This document shows positions 49,917 to 58,814 of a stretch of DNA of 64,000 nt, piece after piece (the first letter of the stretch is position 1; each line of letters begins with the position of its first letter). The notes under the pieces are model-generated. The model searched no databases. It had not been told where the DNA came from and saw nothing but the letters and a program-made list of their open reading frames with translations. The stretch is from contig OY776562.1 of NCBI GenBank assembly GCA_963675785.1, positions 384,001 through 448,000 of the forward strand, written 5' to 3'. Source of the stretch: Anaerolineae bacterium. GTDB taxonomy: Bacteria; Chloroflexota; Anaerolineae; UBA1429. The translations under genes and the position numbers were made by a program.

Positions 49917-51682
49917 TCTCGATAGTCCTTTTCTATGGCATCGAGCTGTTCATCCATGGCGGCTCGAATTGTCTTGAATGTATCTTGATCTTCATTCTTG
50001 ACGGTTGACTTGGCGCGAATGATTTGCGGCCATACGCTTACCTGGTTCTCAAGGCGATATGAAGGAGCCCCCATCTCAATGATATGGCCTCCTCGTTTGT
50101 AGGCATGGGCGACAAGTTCCAGGATAGCTCGCTGCTTTTCAGGTGTTGTGTAGCCGTCGATTTCGTCCATGGCGTTCTGCTGCAAAAATGCTTCTTTGAT
50201 GAGCCGGGCGATAAAGAGCACCAACCGCTGAGAATCGGGCAGTGTATCAGCGCCTACGAGTTTGACAATCTCTTGCAGTTGGGATTCCTCTTGCAGAATG
50301 TCCATCATCAACTGTTGCAGTTCTTGCCAGCGGGGATCACCATGCTGGGCATGCCAGGCCGCAATCACATCAGAATAGCCCGAATAACTGTTGAGCCAGT
50401 TAATGCTGGGAAAGTGGCGGGCTGCTGCCAGTGTTTTATCCAGCGCCCAAAAAGTGCGGATGAATCGCCGGGTGTGCTGTGTAACCGGCTCAGAAAAGTC
50501 GCCGCTGGGGGGCGATACGGCCCCTACGACGGTGATGGAGCCTCGTCTCCCGCAAAGAGATTCGGTAAGGCCGGCACGCTCGTAAAAGCCAGCCAATCGG
50601 GAGGGCAAATAAGCAGGAAAACCCTCTTCAGCGGGCATCTCTTCAAGGCGGCCTGAAACTTCGCGCAAGGCTTCGGCCCAACGCGAGGTCGAATCAGCCA
50701 TCAACGCGACGTGGTATCCCATATCGCGATAGTATTCAGCCAAAGTAATACCGGTATAAATGCTGGCCTCACGTGCTGCCACCGGCATATTGGAGGTATT
50801 AGCAATAAGGATGGTGCGTTCCATCAGTGAATGACCGGTTGCCGGGTCAATCAGCTTGGGGAATTCGGTAAGCACATCCGTCATCTCGTTGCCGCGTTCT
50901 CCGCAGCCAATATAGATGACGATATCGGCATCGGCCCACTTGGCCAACGCGTGCTGCAACACGGTTTTACCGGCGCCAAAACCACCCGGTAGAGCCGCAG
51001 TTCCACCCTTAGCAACGGGGAACAAAGCATCGATAACGCGCTGTCCTGTGATCAAGGGCTCGTCAGGCTGAAAACGCTCGGCAATGGGCCGTTTTACACG
51101 GACTGGCCAGCGCTGCATCATGGTAACGGGTTGTTCAACCTTGCCTTGGGTAATGTGGGCAATGACATCTGTAACAGTATAATCACCTTCAGGCGCTATC
51201 CAGGTTAGTTTGCCATGGATATGCGGTGCAAGCATAACCGAATGCTTGATAAGCGGCGTTTCGGGTACATGCCCCAATAACTCGCCGCCGGTCATGTCAG
51301 TGCCTGTTTGGGCTGCAGGTGCAAAGTGCCACTTTTTCTCGCGATTCAACGACGGGGCGGTCACACCTCTCGCGATAAAATCCCCCGATTGTTTGGCGAG
51401 TTCTTCCAGTGGACGCAGAATGCCATCAAAGATTTGCCCGATCAGGCCAGGGCCTAACTCTGCACTTAACGGAGCACCAGAGCCATAAACTTCATCTCCT
51501 GGCGTAACGCCGCCGGTTTCTTCATATACCTGGATGATGGCTGTTGTGCCACGCACGCCGATAATTTCTCCAATCAGGAGATCTTTACCGACTTGAACTT
51601 GTTCTTCCATCTGGACGGCGCCCGTGATGCTCATACGAACGACAGGGCCGCTAACCCAGCTTACATTTCCTATTGCTTCCAA
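49913..51682 (-). CDS. V/A-type ATP synthase subunit A
   Basis: [37 protein letters not shown]. Confidence 0.97.
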   Translation of the reverse strand: MEAIGNVSWVSGPVVRMSITGAVQMEEQVQVGKDLLIGEIIGVRGTTAIIQVYEETGGVTPGDEVYGSGAPLSAELGPGLIGQIFDGILRPLEELAKQSGDFIARGVTAPSLNREKKWHFAPAAQTGTDMTGGELLGHVPETPLIKHSVMLAPHIHGKLTWIAPEGDYTVTDVIAHITQGKVEQPVTMMQRWPVRVKRPIAERFQPDEPLITGQRVIDALFPVAKGGTAALPGGFGAGKTVLQHALAKWADADIVIYIGCGERGNEMTDVLTEFPKLIDPATGHSLMERTILIANTSNMPVAAREASIYTGITLAEYYRDMGYHVALMADSTSRWAEALREVSGRLEEMPAEEGFPAYLPSRLAGFYERAGLTESLCGRRGSITVVGAVSPPSGDFSEPVTQHTRRFIRTFWALDKTLAAARHFPSINWLNSYSGYSDVIAAWHAQHGDPRWQELQQLMMDILQEESQLQEIVKLVGADTLPDSQRLVLFIARLIKEAFLQQNAMDEIDGYTTPEKQRAILELVAHAYKRGGHIIEMGAPSYRLENQVSVWPQIIRAKSTVKNEDQDTFKTIRAAMDEQLDAIEKDYRE

Positions 51683-51709
51683 TGCATACCTCCCGGCGGC
51701 GCTTGGTTA

Positions 51710-52342
51710 TCAGTCTACTGATACCAGTATCTGGCCCACCCTGTCTCTCAAATCCTGTTTGACAAGACGAAGCCGCTCGTCAAACGAGTTATCTACAATG
51801 ACCGTCTCATCATCATTTGTGAGAATGGCGCCGCCCATCATTGCAGCGGGTTCAGTGTTGAGCACGATTTCTTGAACACCATGTTCAAGCCCGATTTTCT
51901 GCCAGGCTTTCAATTGGTCCTCAGTTGCCAAAGGCAGGTCATGCTCAGCAAGCTGCAATCTGGCACGATCTTTGCCAAATTGCTCCAGCGCATCGCGAAT
52001 GAGTGCTGTGAGTACCTCAATACGGTGCGTTTCTGCTGCATCTTTAATACCGTCCAATTCGGCTATCGCTTTTTGCCAAATCTGGTCAATGATCTCTTCT
52101 TGGTGGGCGATCAAATGACGGTGGGCATCTAATTTGAGCTGAGCAATAGCCTGTTTTTCGCGCGATTGTATGCCTGCGGCCTGGGCATTGACGGTTTTTC
52201 GCACGTCACCGGCAGCCTGCTTTTCGGCGTCTTTGACACGCTGTTCCGCTTTTGTACGAGCCTCATCAAGAATACCCAGGGCTTTTTCTCGTGCTTCCTG
52301 GTTGATAAAGGCTTCTAGGCCTTTGCCTATGACAGTGTTCAC
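51710..52342 (-). CDS. V/A-type ATP synthase subunit E
   Basis: Coiled-coil N-terminus, GG.I...DNSF..RL; operon position. Confidence 0.85.
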   Translation of the reverse strand: MNTVIGKGLEAFINQEAREKALGILDEARTKAEQRVKDAEKQAAGDVRKTVNAQAAGIQSREKQAIAQLKLDAHRHLIAHQEEIIDQIWQKAIAELDGIKDAAETHRIEVLTALIRDALEQFGKDRARLQLAEHDLPLATEDQLKAWQKIGLEHGVQEIVLNTEPAAMMGGAILTNDDETVIVDNSFDERLRLVKQDLRDRVGQILVSVD

Positions 52343-52653
52343 ATGCCACCTCCAAGACGAATGCCGATGGCACTCTGAACGAATTCTTGAAGTGAAGTGG
52401 AAGCGCCTTCACCATCTCTACCTGGAACCTCGACGACAAGCGGTAGCTGGCTTGCTATCTTGAGCTGGTCGATGCGCTCTCGCTCCCAGTCGGCCATATC
52501 TTTGGTAAAAATAAGTAGCCCAATTGTCCTATCGGCAAGTGCCGAATCAATAGCCTGCTTGAGCTGTTCCTGCGATGTAACCGAACGACCGGCAACACCC
52601 GCAAGTGAAAAGCCCAAGACACTATCCTTGTTGCCAATGACAAACATGCGCAT
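52339..52653 (-). CDS. V/A-type ATP synthase subunit F
   Basis: VIG..D...GF.LAGV, P.VVEVP, AIG. Confidence 0.92.
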   Translation of the reverse strand: MRMFVIGNKDSVLGFSLAGVAGRSVTSQEQLKQAIDSALADRTIGLLIFTKDMADWERERIDQLKIASQLPLVVEVPGRDGEGASTSLQEFVQSAIGIRLGGGM

Positions 52654-52667
52654 GGTGCGCTCCTAAA

Positions 52668-53099
52668 TCAAGAGTTCAAGATCATGAACGAGATGATCAA
52701 GCCATAAATAGCGATACCTTCACCCAGGCCTACAAAGATGAGGGTCTTGCCCAGTACTTCGGGCTTTTCGGTGATGCTTCCGATAGCAGCAGCGCCAGCA
52801 ATGCCTACTGCAATACCGCAACCGATACAGGCCAACCCTGTCGCCAAACCTGCGCCAATGGCCGCGGTGCTAGCTGTTGTGGTGGTTTCGGTTCCCGTCT
52901 GGGCAAAAACAGGCATGGGGCTGGTCAGCGTCAGCAGGATAAAGGCTGCGCACATGAGCACGGCCAGCCCATTAATACCTACCATACTGCCTATCCATGC
53001 CTTGGCTGTACCCGCACTGTGTCGGCGACGGCTGAGATAATATCCGGTTCCAAGACCTACTACAGCCAGCATGGCAATTCCACTAATGATCGTCTGCAT
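52668..53099 (-). CDS. V/A-type ATP synthase proteolipid c/K with N-terminal membrane extension
   Basis: Gly/Ala-rich hairpin, EKPE loop, GLGEGIAIYG with ion-binding Glu; SD gaggag. Confidence 0.92.
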   Translation of the reverse strand: MQTIISGIAMLAVVGLGTGYYLSRRRHSAGTAKAWIGSMVGINGLAVLMCAAFILLTLTSPMPVFAQTGTETTTTASTAAIGAGLATGLACIGCGIAVGIAGAAAIGSITEKPEVLGKTLIFVGLGEGIAIYGLIISFMILNS

Positions 53100-53120
53100 A
53101 TTGTTACTCCTCACGCGTTC

Positions 53121-55097
53121 CTATTCTGCGGGTTGGTTTTGTGAATCTGGGAAAACGAGTGGTTTGAAGGGCGTGCCCGATCCAGAGAAGAACTTGCCAA
53201 AGAACTCGTAATACTCGAGTCTCAGCGTCTGAATGCCTACGATGACGCCCTCAAATCCGATGACAAAGAGATTGCCTCCGATGATGATAACCATTCGCAA
53301 TACTTGTCCGAGGAACGAAGGCCCCCCGATCATGTCTGCCAATAGGAATACCACCATACTCAGCCCCACATGGGCAACGGCAAAGGCGCCCAATCGCACA
53401 AACGAGAGCGTATTGCTCAGGAAAGAGATGAACGTTTCAAACAGCTCAAAAAAGGCCTGCACGAGGTATTCGACGAGGCTGCCTTCGATGAGTGGTTTCT
53501 CTTTGTTGATCAACTTGGTAAGTGGCTCTGCAAAGAACAAGGCAATGCTGAGCACAATATCCAAGAGGACAAAAATGATGGGCAGATTATACCCTGTTAG
53601 AGGCAGGATAACTGTGGCCAAAAGGCTCCAGTAGAGAACAAAGCCCGAGATGCCGTTTCTATCAAAGATGGCTTGCTTGAGCCTCTTACGATGTGCAGAT
53701 CCATAAATGTGGCAGATATAACCTATGTTGAGCACAACGACACCAAAGATAACCGATGCTTCTAGGAGCGTCATGATGTCATCCATTGGCCTAAGCCAGA
53801 TGGCCCCGATAACATCCTCCATGCCAAAGACACTGCCATAGAGCGTCCCAAAGATCATGGAAAAGACGCCGCAGCCGAGCAAAATAGGCCCTATCTTTTT
53901 GAGATTGCTGGCCGAACCAATGATGCCCAGTGTTAGCAGCAATCCTGTTATGGCTAGCAGAGCGCCGTGGCCAAGGTCGCCAAACATAGCACCGAACATC
54001 AGCGTGAAGGTAACAGCCACAATTGGGGTTGGGTCAATCTCATCATAGCCAGGCGTGCCATAGATGTTGACCAAAGACTCGAATGGTTTGAATAGTTTGT
54101 TGTGTAACATGGTGGGCACAATCTGCCCTTTGCCACCAGCATATGGCGAGTTGATCTCGATGGTGATGCGGTCACTGGTAGCCTCTTTGAGATGCTTTTG
54201 CAATTCTTCAATGCGCTTTGTTGGCACCCACCCGGCCACAAGATAAACACGCCCACGATGGCCAAAGTGAGACATGGCTTCGGCAATAGCGTGATCATCA
54301 CGGACTCGTGCAAGCATCTGGTCGAGAATGGGGCGAACTTCGACCATGAGATCTTGGAGCGAGTCATGAATATCTGCGAGTTCATCTTTCGTCTTAGCCA
54401 AGCGTTCTCTTACAGAAACCAGAGCTTCGGATGCTGTCCCTTGCGCATTCTCTGGTAGCTCAAAGCGGTCAAGGAACGCACTTTCCAGGGCTCGGTCTAG
54501 AATGGGGGCGTGTTCTGGGGCGCAGAATGCAAATACGAGCTCCCTTGCTCCCACTTGTTCAACCGGCATGATGCGATAGGGAATACTGTAAAGGCTGGTT
54601 TCGAGTCGTGATAGGTTTTCTGCGGGCAGCATGCCCGCTACAAAGTGCAGGTGCTTGAGCTGTTCCAAGTCTTCGATGCTGATAGAGAGCGGTGCAAGGA
54701 GTTGAAGCGACCGTGTAGACAGCTCAAGCTTTTCGGTCGTCCGTTCCAGCTCTCTTGCGCGATCTTGCAGCTCATTGGCCCGCAGTTCGATCTCGGAAAG
54801 CTCTTTTTCAACCAGTACATGATCCTGTTCAGGATTCAGTTGTCCTTCGCACGGCCGTAGCTGTTCCGGAATCTCAAGCGAATGCATCAGATCGACGATA
54901 CGCCGTTCTTGCGTGGTATATGTTGCAATACGTCCTTGCCAGGCAGTTCCTGCTCCCTGTTCCCATTGACTGAGGGAGTTGACATCGAGCAAGTGCATGA
55001 GGCCCATGCTGGCAATGACTTGGGCCACCTGCTGAATGTCATTTTCGAGTACGAAAATGTCTACTTCGGCCATTTCGGCTGGTGCAAGCATGCTCAC
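53121..55097 (-). CDS. V/A-type ATP synthase subunit I (a)
   Basis: EIDPT, FGAMFGD.GHG, SNTLSFVR, RLEYYEFF. Confidence 0.95.
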   Translation of the reverse strand: MSMLAPAEMAEVDIFVLENDIQQVAQVIASMGLMHLLDVNSLSQWEQGAGTAWQGRIATYTTQERRIVDLMHSLEIPEQLRPCEGQLNPEQDHVLVEKELSEIELRANELQDRARELERTTEKLELSTRSLQLLAPLSISIEDLEQLKHLHFVAGMLPAENLSRLETSLYSIPYRIMPVEQVGARELVFAFCAPEHAPILDRALESAFLDRFELPENAQGTASEALVSVRERLAKTKDELADIHDSLQDLMVEVRPILDQMLARVRDDHAIAEAMSHFGHRGRVYLVAGWVPTKRIEELQKHLKEATSDRITIEINSPYAGGKGQIVPTMLHNKLFKPFESLVNIYGTPGYDEIDPTPIVAVTFTLMFGAMFGDLGHGALLAITGLLLTLGIIGSASNLKKIGPILLGCGVFSMIFGTLYGSVFGMEDVIGAIWLRPMDDIMTLLEASVIFGVVVLNIGYICHIYGSAHRKRLKQAIFDRNGISGFVLYWSLLATVILPLTGYNLPIIFVLLDIVLSIALFFAEPLTKLINKEKPLIEGSLVEYLVQAFFELFETFISFLSNTLSFVRLGAFAVAHVGLSMVVFLLADMIGGPSFLGQVLRMVIIIGGNLFVIGFEGVIVGIQTLRLEYYEFFGKFFSGSGTPFKPLVFPDSQNQPAE

Positions 55098-56161
55098 TCC
55101 TCGCGTCGGATCAGATAGTGATGGATTTCGTCGGGTTCCCAGCCCATTTCCTTGCCTTCAATCACGGTAATTAGGTCCGTTACTTCTTGGTCCAAAAGTA
55201 CAAGATATGCCAAGATGGTGCCCAGACGGAAAGGATATCCGCCGAGGAGGCTCTTTGCGGTCTTTCTTGTATGCCGTTTGAGTGCCAGCTCTAGTTCGGG
55301 CAGCATTTGTGAAACCTCAGTGGGCGCGCCAGACAGATCCACGGCATTTTGCCCAAATACTCTGTCGACGATCTCACGGGGTGTTGCGCCAAGTGCAATC
55401 TCGCGTATCAGGTTTGCATCGGTACGGTCCGTATGCCACAGGGTATAGTTCACAATCTCCTCAGGAGAAAGGCCATAGTATTCGCGGTAACGAAAGGCCC
55501 ATTCTATGTTCAGAGCGTCAAGAATATCCCCCATCATGATCTTGGCGTCTTTGTGTTCCAAAGTCCCCAAACGCTGCATAACGGCCCAGACATCTCGATA
55601 ATAGCGAATGTCCAGAGCAACCTCTATGCTAAACAGTGAATCATCTCGTTCATAGCCGGGGAGGGCGTTCCTTAGGGGATTGATATAGTGCGTCCCCTGT
55701 AGACGATCTACAAGGGCCGGCACAGATAGCTCATGGGCCAGGCTGCTCCAGGGGAGCGTTGTTGCCTCACTCAGAGGGATAAGCATGGATTCGATTTGCT
55801 CGGCATTGTATCCCTGAGCAATACCTCGAAAGACCACCTTTAGATTATCAAGTTCGAAATGGCGCAACCAAACTAGTACCATGCGCCTTGCGCCGCTTTT
55901 GGCCAGGCTGAGGCACTTGTTGGTATTATCGGCTACCAGCGCCTTGAGGCGGCCTTCGATGGTTGTGATGCGCAAGGGCGTATCGGTCAAGCCCTCCAGA
56001 GCTGGACTATAGGACGTGTCTCGCAAAAAAGTGACGGCCGCTTCAAGGTTTGGGACATCGACGAGAGCTCGCCATTGTTTACTGCTGAGAAGTCGCGAAT
56101 AGAGGCCACGCACGCGTGCATTGCTGGCCGAATAAGCGACTGCCTCCATGCCGGTGCTCAT
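55094..56161 (-). CDS. V/A-type ATP synthase subunit C (d)
   Basis: AY..ARVR....LL, E..NLK...RG; operon position. Confidence 0.88.
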   Translation of the reverse strand: MSTGMEAVAYSASNARVRGLYSRLLSSKQWRALVDVPNLEAAVTFLRDTSYSPALEGLTDTPLRITTIEGRLKALVADNTNKCLSLAKSGARRMVLVWLRHFELDNLKVVFRGIAQGYNAEQIESMLIPLSEATTLPWSSLAHELSVPALVDRLQGTHYINPLRNALPGYERDDSLFSIEVALDIRYYRDVWAVMQRLGTLEHKDAKIMMGDILDALNIEWAFRYREYYGLSPEEIVNYTLWHTDRTDANLIREIALGATPREIVDRVFGQNAVDLSGAPTEVSQMLPELELALKRHTRKTAKSLLGGYPFRLGTILAYLVLLDQEVTDLITVIEGKEMGWEPDEIHHYLIRREE

Positions 56162-56517
56162 CTATCTTCTCCGGCGAGTACAGTGCTGACGACAAATCTG
56201 ACGGCATCTTCCAAATGCTTTCGGGCCAGGGTCTCCCAATTGTGCCATTCCGTTTTGTTCTTTTCGTCAATCTGTTCTGCTTGCAGATGAACGGTTTGAT
56301 CTGAGGCGACCTGCAGCTCATCAATCTGGCTTTTGATGTCCTGCTCAGAACGTTGGGCGATTGCAGCAATGCGCTCATCGGCCGTAGCGGTGATTCTATC
56401 CGCTTCAGCTTCGGCATCACGCACAATGCCTTCGGCTCTTTGTTCGAGGGCTAGAACTTGATGTAGGGGGTCTTCAGTGACGCCCATCGAAGGATCTGTT
56501 GTACCATAGTTGTCCAT
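56158..56517 (-). CDS. V/A-type ATP synthase subunit G/H (peripheral stalk)
   Basis: Short helical E/A-rich coiled coil; first gene of the operon. Confidence 0.7.
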   Translation of the reverse strand: MDNYGTTDPSMGVTEDPLHQVLALEQRAEGIVRDAEAEADRITATADERIAAIAQRSEQDIKSQIDELQVASDQTVHLQAEQIDEKNKTEWHNWETLARKHLEDAVRFVVSTVLAGEDR

Positions 56518-56662
56518 TGCGCTGCTCCGTCGTGTTTGTATGTATCACGACAAACCATGACACGCGGGGGACCTACTATCTCCCACGCTATGTCCGGCTA
56601 GCGCCGACCGATCGTAGGAGCGTAGACCAACTAGGTCTCGTATCTGCGAGGGGCAGGTGGCC

Positions 56663-56706
56663 GGAATCAGCTTGTCGGGAATATATCAACCGAAAGCCTT
56701 GAATCC
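56663..56706 (-). ncRNA. Candidate structured leader RNA resembling the Na+-I (DUF1646) riboswitch
   Basis: GGAUUCA-AGGCUU-UCGG-UUGAUAUAUUC-CCGA-CAAGC-UGAUUCC two-stem fold just after the promoter. Resemblance is from memory of the motif, not from a model search. Confidence 0.45.
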
Positions 56707-56721
56707 GAGCGAACAGGCGGA

Positions 56722-56750
56722 ATTATATGCCAAACTGGAATATGATGCAA
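56722..56750 (-). promoter_or_regulatory. Sigma70 promoter of the V/A-ATPase operon
   Basis: Minus strand TTGCAT-17 nt-TATAAT. Confidence 0.7.
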
Positions 56751-56760
56751 GAGAACTTGA

Positions 56761-57630
56761 CTATGAGACCAGGGCTATTCCCGCAACAGTCAAGGCGGTA
56801 CCTATCCATACTGTACGGCAAGGCTTCTCTCCAAGCAAGAGGATGCTCATCGGTAGGGCAAATAGCGGCGATGTTGAGGTGATAATGGCTGCCCGTGTAG
56901 GGCCGAGCATGGCAACGGCTTGAACAAAGAGGATGCTTCCCGCCCCCCAACCAACTAAACCGCCAAAGATGATTGTCAACCACTCACGCAGTGAGAGTTT
57001 CCAAAGCGTGCCCACCTTGCCACTGATTATAGAGACGAGCCAGAAAAACAGAGATAGAACAGGCATGCGAATGGCACTGACAACGACGGCATCAATCCCC
57101 TCGATGCCGGGCTTGAGAATGATAGCTGATATAGCCCAAAGGATGGCTGCACCAAAGGACATGAGAATACCCGTCTTTTGTGGCACGGCGTTCTCTTGCT
57201 GGCTCTTATCTCGCCGGCAAATCAGCAACAAGCCGACAAGTGCTAACACAAGTCCCGCAACAATGGTGGCAGAGAGAGATTCTTGCAGGAAGAAAAAGCT
57301 TAGCATCAGGGTGATGATAGGATACGTTGATGAGATGGGAAAGGAAAGAGACACGCCAATGCGAGACATTGAGCCAACATATAATGAATCACCAATGCCG
57401 GCGCCAACGAGTAGCGCGATAACCATATAAGCGTACTTGGTCAGAGTGACATCCGCAATGCCCGACTGGCTTCCTGTGGCATACATGGCTACGATCATTG
57501 AGATGGCGCCTACCAGTGTTCTTGGGGCATTGAGCGTGAACGGATCCACCTTGGTGGACAAGTTGCGCATGGATACTGATCCAATTGCCCAACTTAGAGC
57601 ACATAGCAGAGCGATTACTACTCCGGACAT
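56761..57630 (-). CDS. DMT/EamA family transporter
   Basis: 10 TM segments in two EamA repeats. Confidence 0.88.
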   Translation of the reverse strand: MSGVVIALLCALSWAIGSVSMRNLSTKVDPFTLNAPRTLVGAISMIVAMYATGSQSGIADVTLTKYAYMVIALLVGAGIGDSLYVGSMSRIGVSLSFPISSTYPIITLMLSFFFLQESLSATIVAGLVLALVGLLLICRRDKSQQENAVPQKTGILMSFGAAILWAISAIILKPGIEGIDAVVVSAIRMPVLSLFFWLVSIISGKVGTLWKLSLREWLTIIFGGLVGWGAGSILFVQAVAMLGPTRAAIITSTSPLFALPMSILLLGEKPCRTVWIGTALTVAGIALVS

Positions 57631-57771
57631 TGACTAACCTCGACGATTAAGATCTAACGAATTGATGTGTGGCATCATAAGCTTATTTAGGGTAACGGGC
57701 AAAGCGGATGAGCTGGTCTTTAGGTCAGTACCGGGGTAGAATAGGGATATTGTTTGTAAGGAGGTACGAGC

Positions 57772-58767
57772 ATGGAATACAGAAAATTGGGTCGTTCCGG
57801 GCTTCAAGTGTCTCCCGTTTGCATGGGCACGATGACGTTTGGCCGAGAGGCCGATGAAGGCATGTCTTTCAAGCTGATGGATCGTTATATTGAGCTTGGC
57901 GGGAATGTCATCGATACTGCGGATGTCTATGCGGCGGGTGCGTCTGAAGAAGTCGTCGGCCGTTGGCTAAAAAAGCGCGGTAATCGTGATCGCGTTGTGT
58001 TGGCTACCAAAGTATTTGGCATGACGGGCCCTGGCCCTAATGATAAAGGGCTTTCTCGGTTGCATATTCAACAGGCTGTTGAGGCGAGCCTGCGTAGACT
58101 GCAAACCGATGTCATCGACCTGTATCAGATTCACCGCTGGGATCCCGATGTGCCGGTAGAAGAGACATTGGGGGCACTGGATGATCTGATTCAGCAGGGC
58201 AAGGTGCGCTATGTGGGTTGTTCCAACCTTGCAGCTTGGCATCTTGCTGAATTTTTGGCTGCGGCCGAACGTAACGGCTGGGCCTATTTTGTGAGCGTTC
58301 AGCCCATTTTTAATGCCCTCAATCGAGGTATAGAGACCGAGTTATTGCCCTATTGCGCGTACAAAGGTTTGGGTGTTATTCCTTACAACCCTCTGGCGGG
58401 GGGAATGTTGACGGGTAAATATCGGCGTGAGGGAGATCTACCCAAAGGTGCACGTTTGGAGGCCTTTGGCAGCTACTATGATCGTTATTTCACAGAACGC
58501 GCTCTAGATGTTGTGGAGCAGTTTTGTGTCAAAGCGGCCGATATGGGCGTGACGCCAGCCCAATTGGCGCTTGCCTGGGTGTTGGGCGATTCGCGCGTTA
58601 CCTGCCCGCTCCTAGGAGCGCGTAATCTCGACCAATTGAACGATACCATCGGTGGTCTGGATATCCAGCTTACCGCGGAGCAGCGATCCGAGATCCCAGC
58701 GATTGATGTAGGGGATTGGGTTGGGGTCGATCCAGTGTATAACCGCGAAAAACTCTCTTTTCAGTAA
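57772..58767 (+). CDS. Aldo/keto reductase
   Basis: LGRSGLQVS, DTADVY, LATK, DLYQIH, PLAGG. Confidence 0.93.
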   Translation: MEYRKLGRSGLQVSPVCMGTMTFGREADEGMSFKLMDRYIELGGNVIDTADVYAAGASEEVVGRWLKKRGNRDRVVLATKVFGMTGPGPNDKGLSRLHIQQAVEASLRRLQTDVIDLYQIHRWDPDVPVEETLGALDDLIQQGKVRYVGCSNLAAWHLAEFLAAAERNGWAYFVSVQPIFNALNRGIETELLPYCAYKGLGVIPYNPLAGGMLTGKYRREGDLPKGARLEAFGSYYDRYFTERALDVVEQFCVKAADMGVTPAQLALAWVLGDSRVTCPLLGARNLDQLNDTIGGLDIQLTAEQRSEIPAIDVGDWVGVDPVYNREKLSFQ

Positions 58768-58769
58768 AT

Positions 58770-58805
58770 CAAAAAAGGGGGCACACATTGTGTGTCCCCT
58801 TTTTG
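58770..58805. terminator. Bidirectional intrinsic terminator
   Basis: aaaaaagggg-gcacaca/tgtgt-cccctttttt hairpin. Confidence 0.85.
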
Positions 58806-58814
58806 ATTGCTCGA

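Noticed and set aside
56499-56923. Small ORFs in the V-ATPase upstream region
   Set aside because: They are on the opposite strand to the leader or overlap the EamA gene, with no SD or motif support.
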